DNA of 64,000 nt. It comes from Alphaproteobacteria bacterium (GTDB lineage: Bacteria > Pseudomonadota > Alphaproteobacteria > UBA828). Both the position numbers and the translations under genes were made by a program. Below are positions 63,755 through 64,000 of this stretch, one piece after another (the first letter of the stretch is position 1; each line of letters opens with the position of its first letter). The DNA lies in assembly GCA_965214705.1 (NCBI GenBank), contig OZ243972.1:3936001-4000000 (forward strand), written 5' to 3'. Below the pieces are notes generated by a model that had not been told where the DNA came from, did no database searches, and was given only the letters and a program-made list of their open reading frames with translations.

Positions 63755-64000
63755 ATGAAGCTTTATTCCAGTCCGGCCACGCCCTTCGGCCGCAAGGCGG
63801 CGATCGTCGCGCGCGAGCACGGCATCGCGCTCGACATCGTGAATGTGAACCCCTTCGAGTCGGAGGAGTTGGAGCGGCTCAATCCGATCAAGCTCATCCC
63901 GGTGCTGGTGATGGACGACGGCACCGTGCTCTACGACAGCCACGCGATTTGTGCCTATTTCGACGGGATCGGGGAAGGACCATCGCTCTATCCCGACGAC
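63755..64000 (+). CDS. Glutathione S-transferase family protein, 3'-partial
   Basis: GGAGG RBS; MKLYSSPATPFGRK, NPIKLIPVL, LYDSHAICAYF. Confidence 0.88.
   Translation, partial: MKLYSSPATPFGRKAAIVAREHGIALDIVNVNPFESEELERLNPIKLIPVLVMDDGTVLYDSHAICAYFDGIGEGPSLYPDD

Overview
GC-rich bacterial chromosome segment. The chvI/chvG pair, the carD-fdxA-helicase block and a SAM-II riboswitch on metZ point to an alphaproteobacterium (inference). 1-23 kb is mostly core and catabolic genes: htpG, helicase, fdxA, carD, a Rieske/BBOX oxygenase pair, an ETF/FeS-oxidoreductase operon, metZ and tRNA-Pro. 23.5-56 kb is a decaying, IS-rich accessory region. It holds two IS630 elements that each carry an identical IS110 inserted in the IS630 poly-A junction, an IS91-like element with a tyrosine recombinase splitting a MocR regulator, a tRNA-Arg att remnant with a truncated integrase, IS1380, IS5 and IS4. 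It also holds a MocD/MocE/PanB-like/TRAP cluster and duplicated PxpB/PxpC-like pairs. 56-64 kb holds chvGI, a MATE pump, an atypical SHMT with a PhyH dioxygenase, an amidohydrolase and a GST. The most notable signal is an IS110 whose non-coding left end contains bridge-RNA-like guide matches to the IS630 slippery site and to its own ends. All calls come from reading motifs by eye; no database searches were run.
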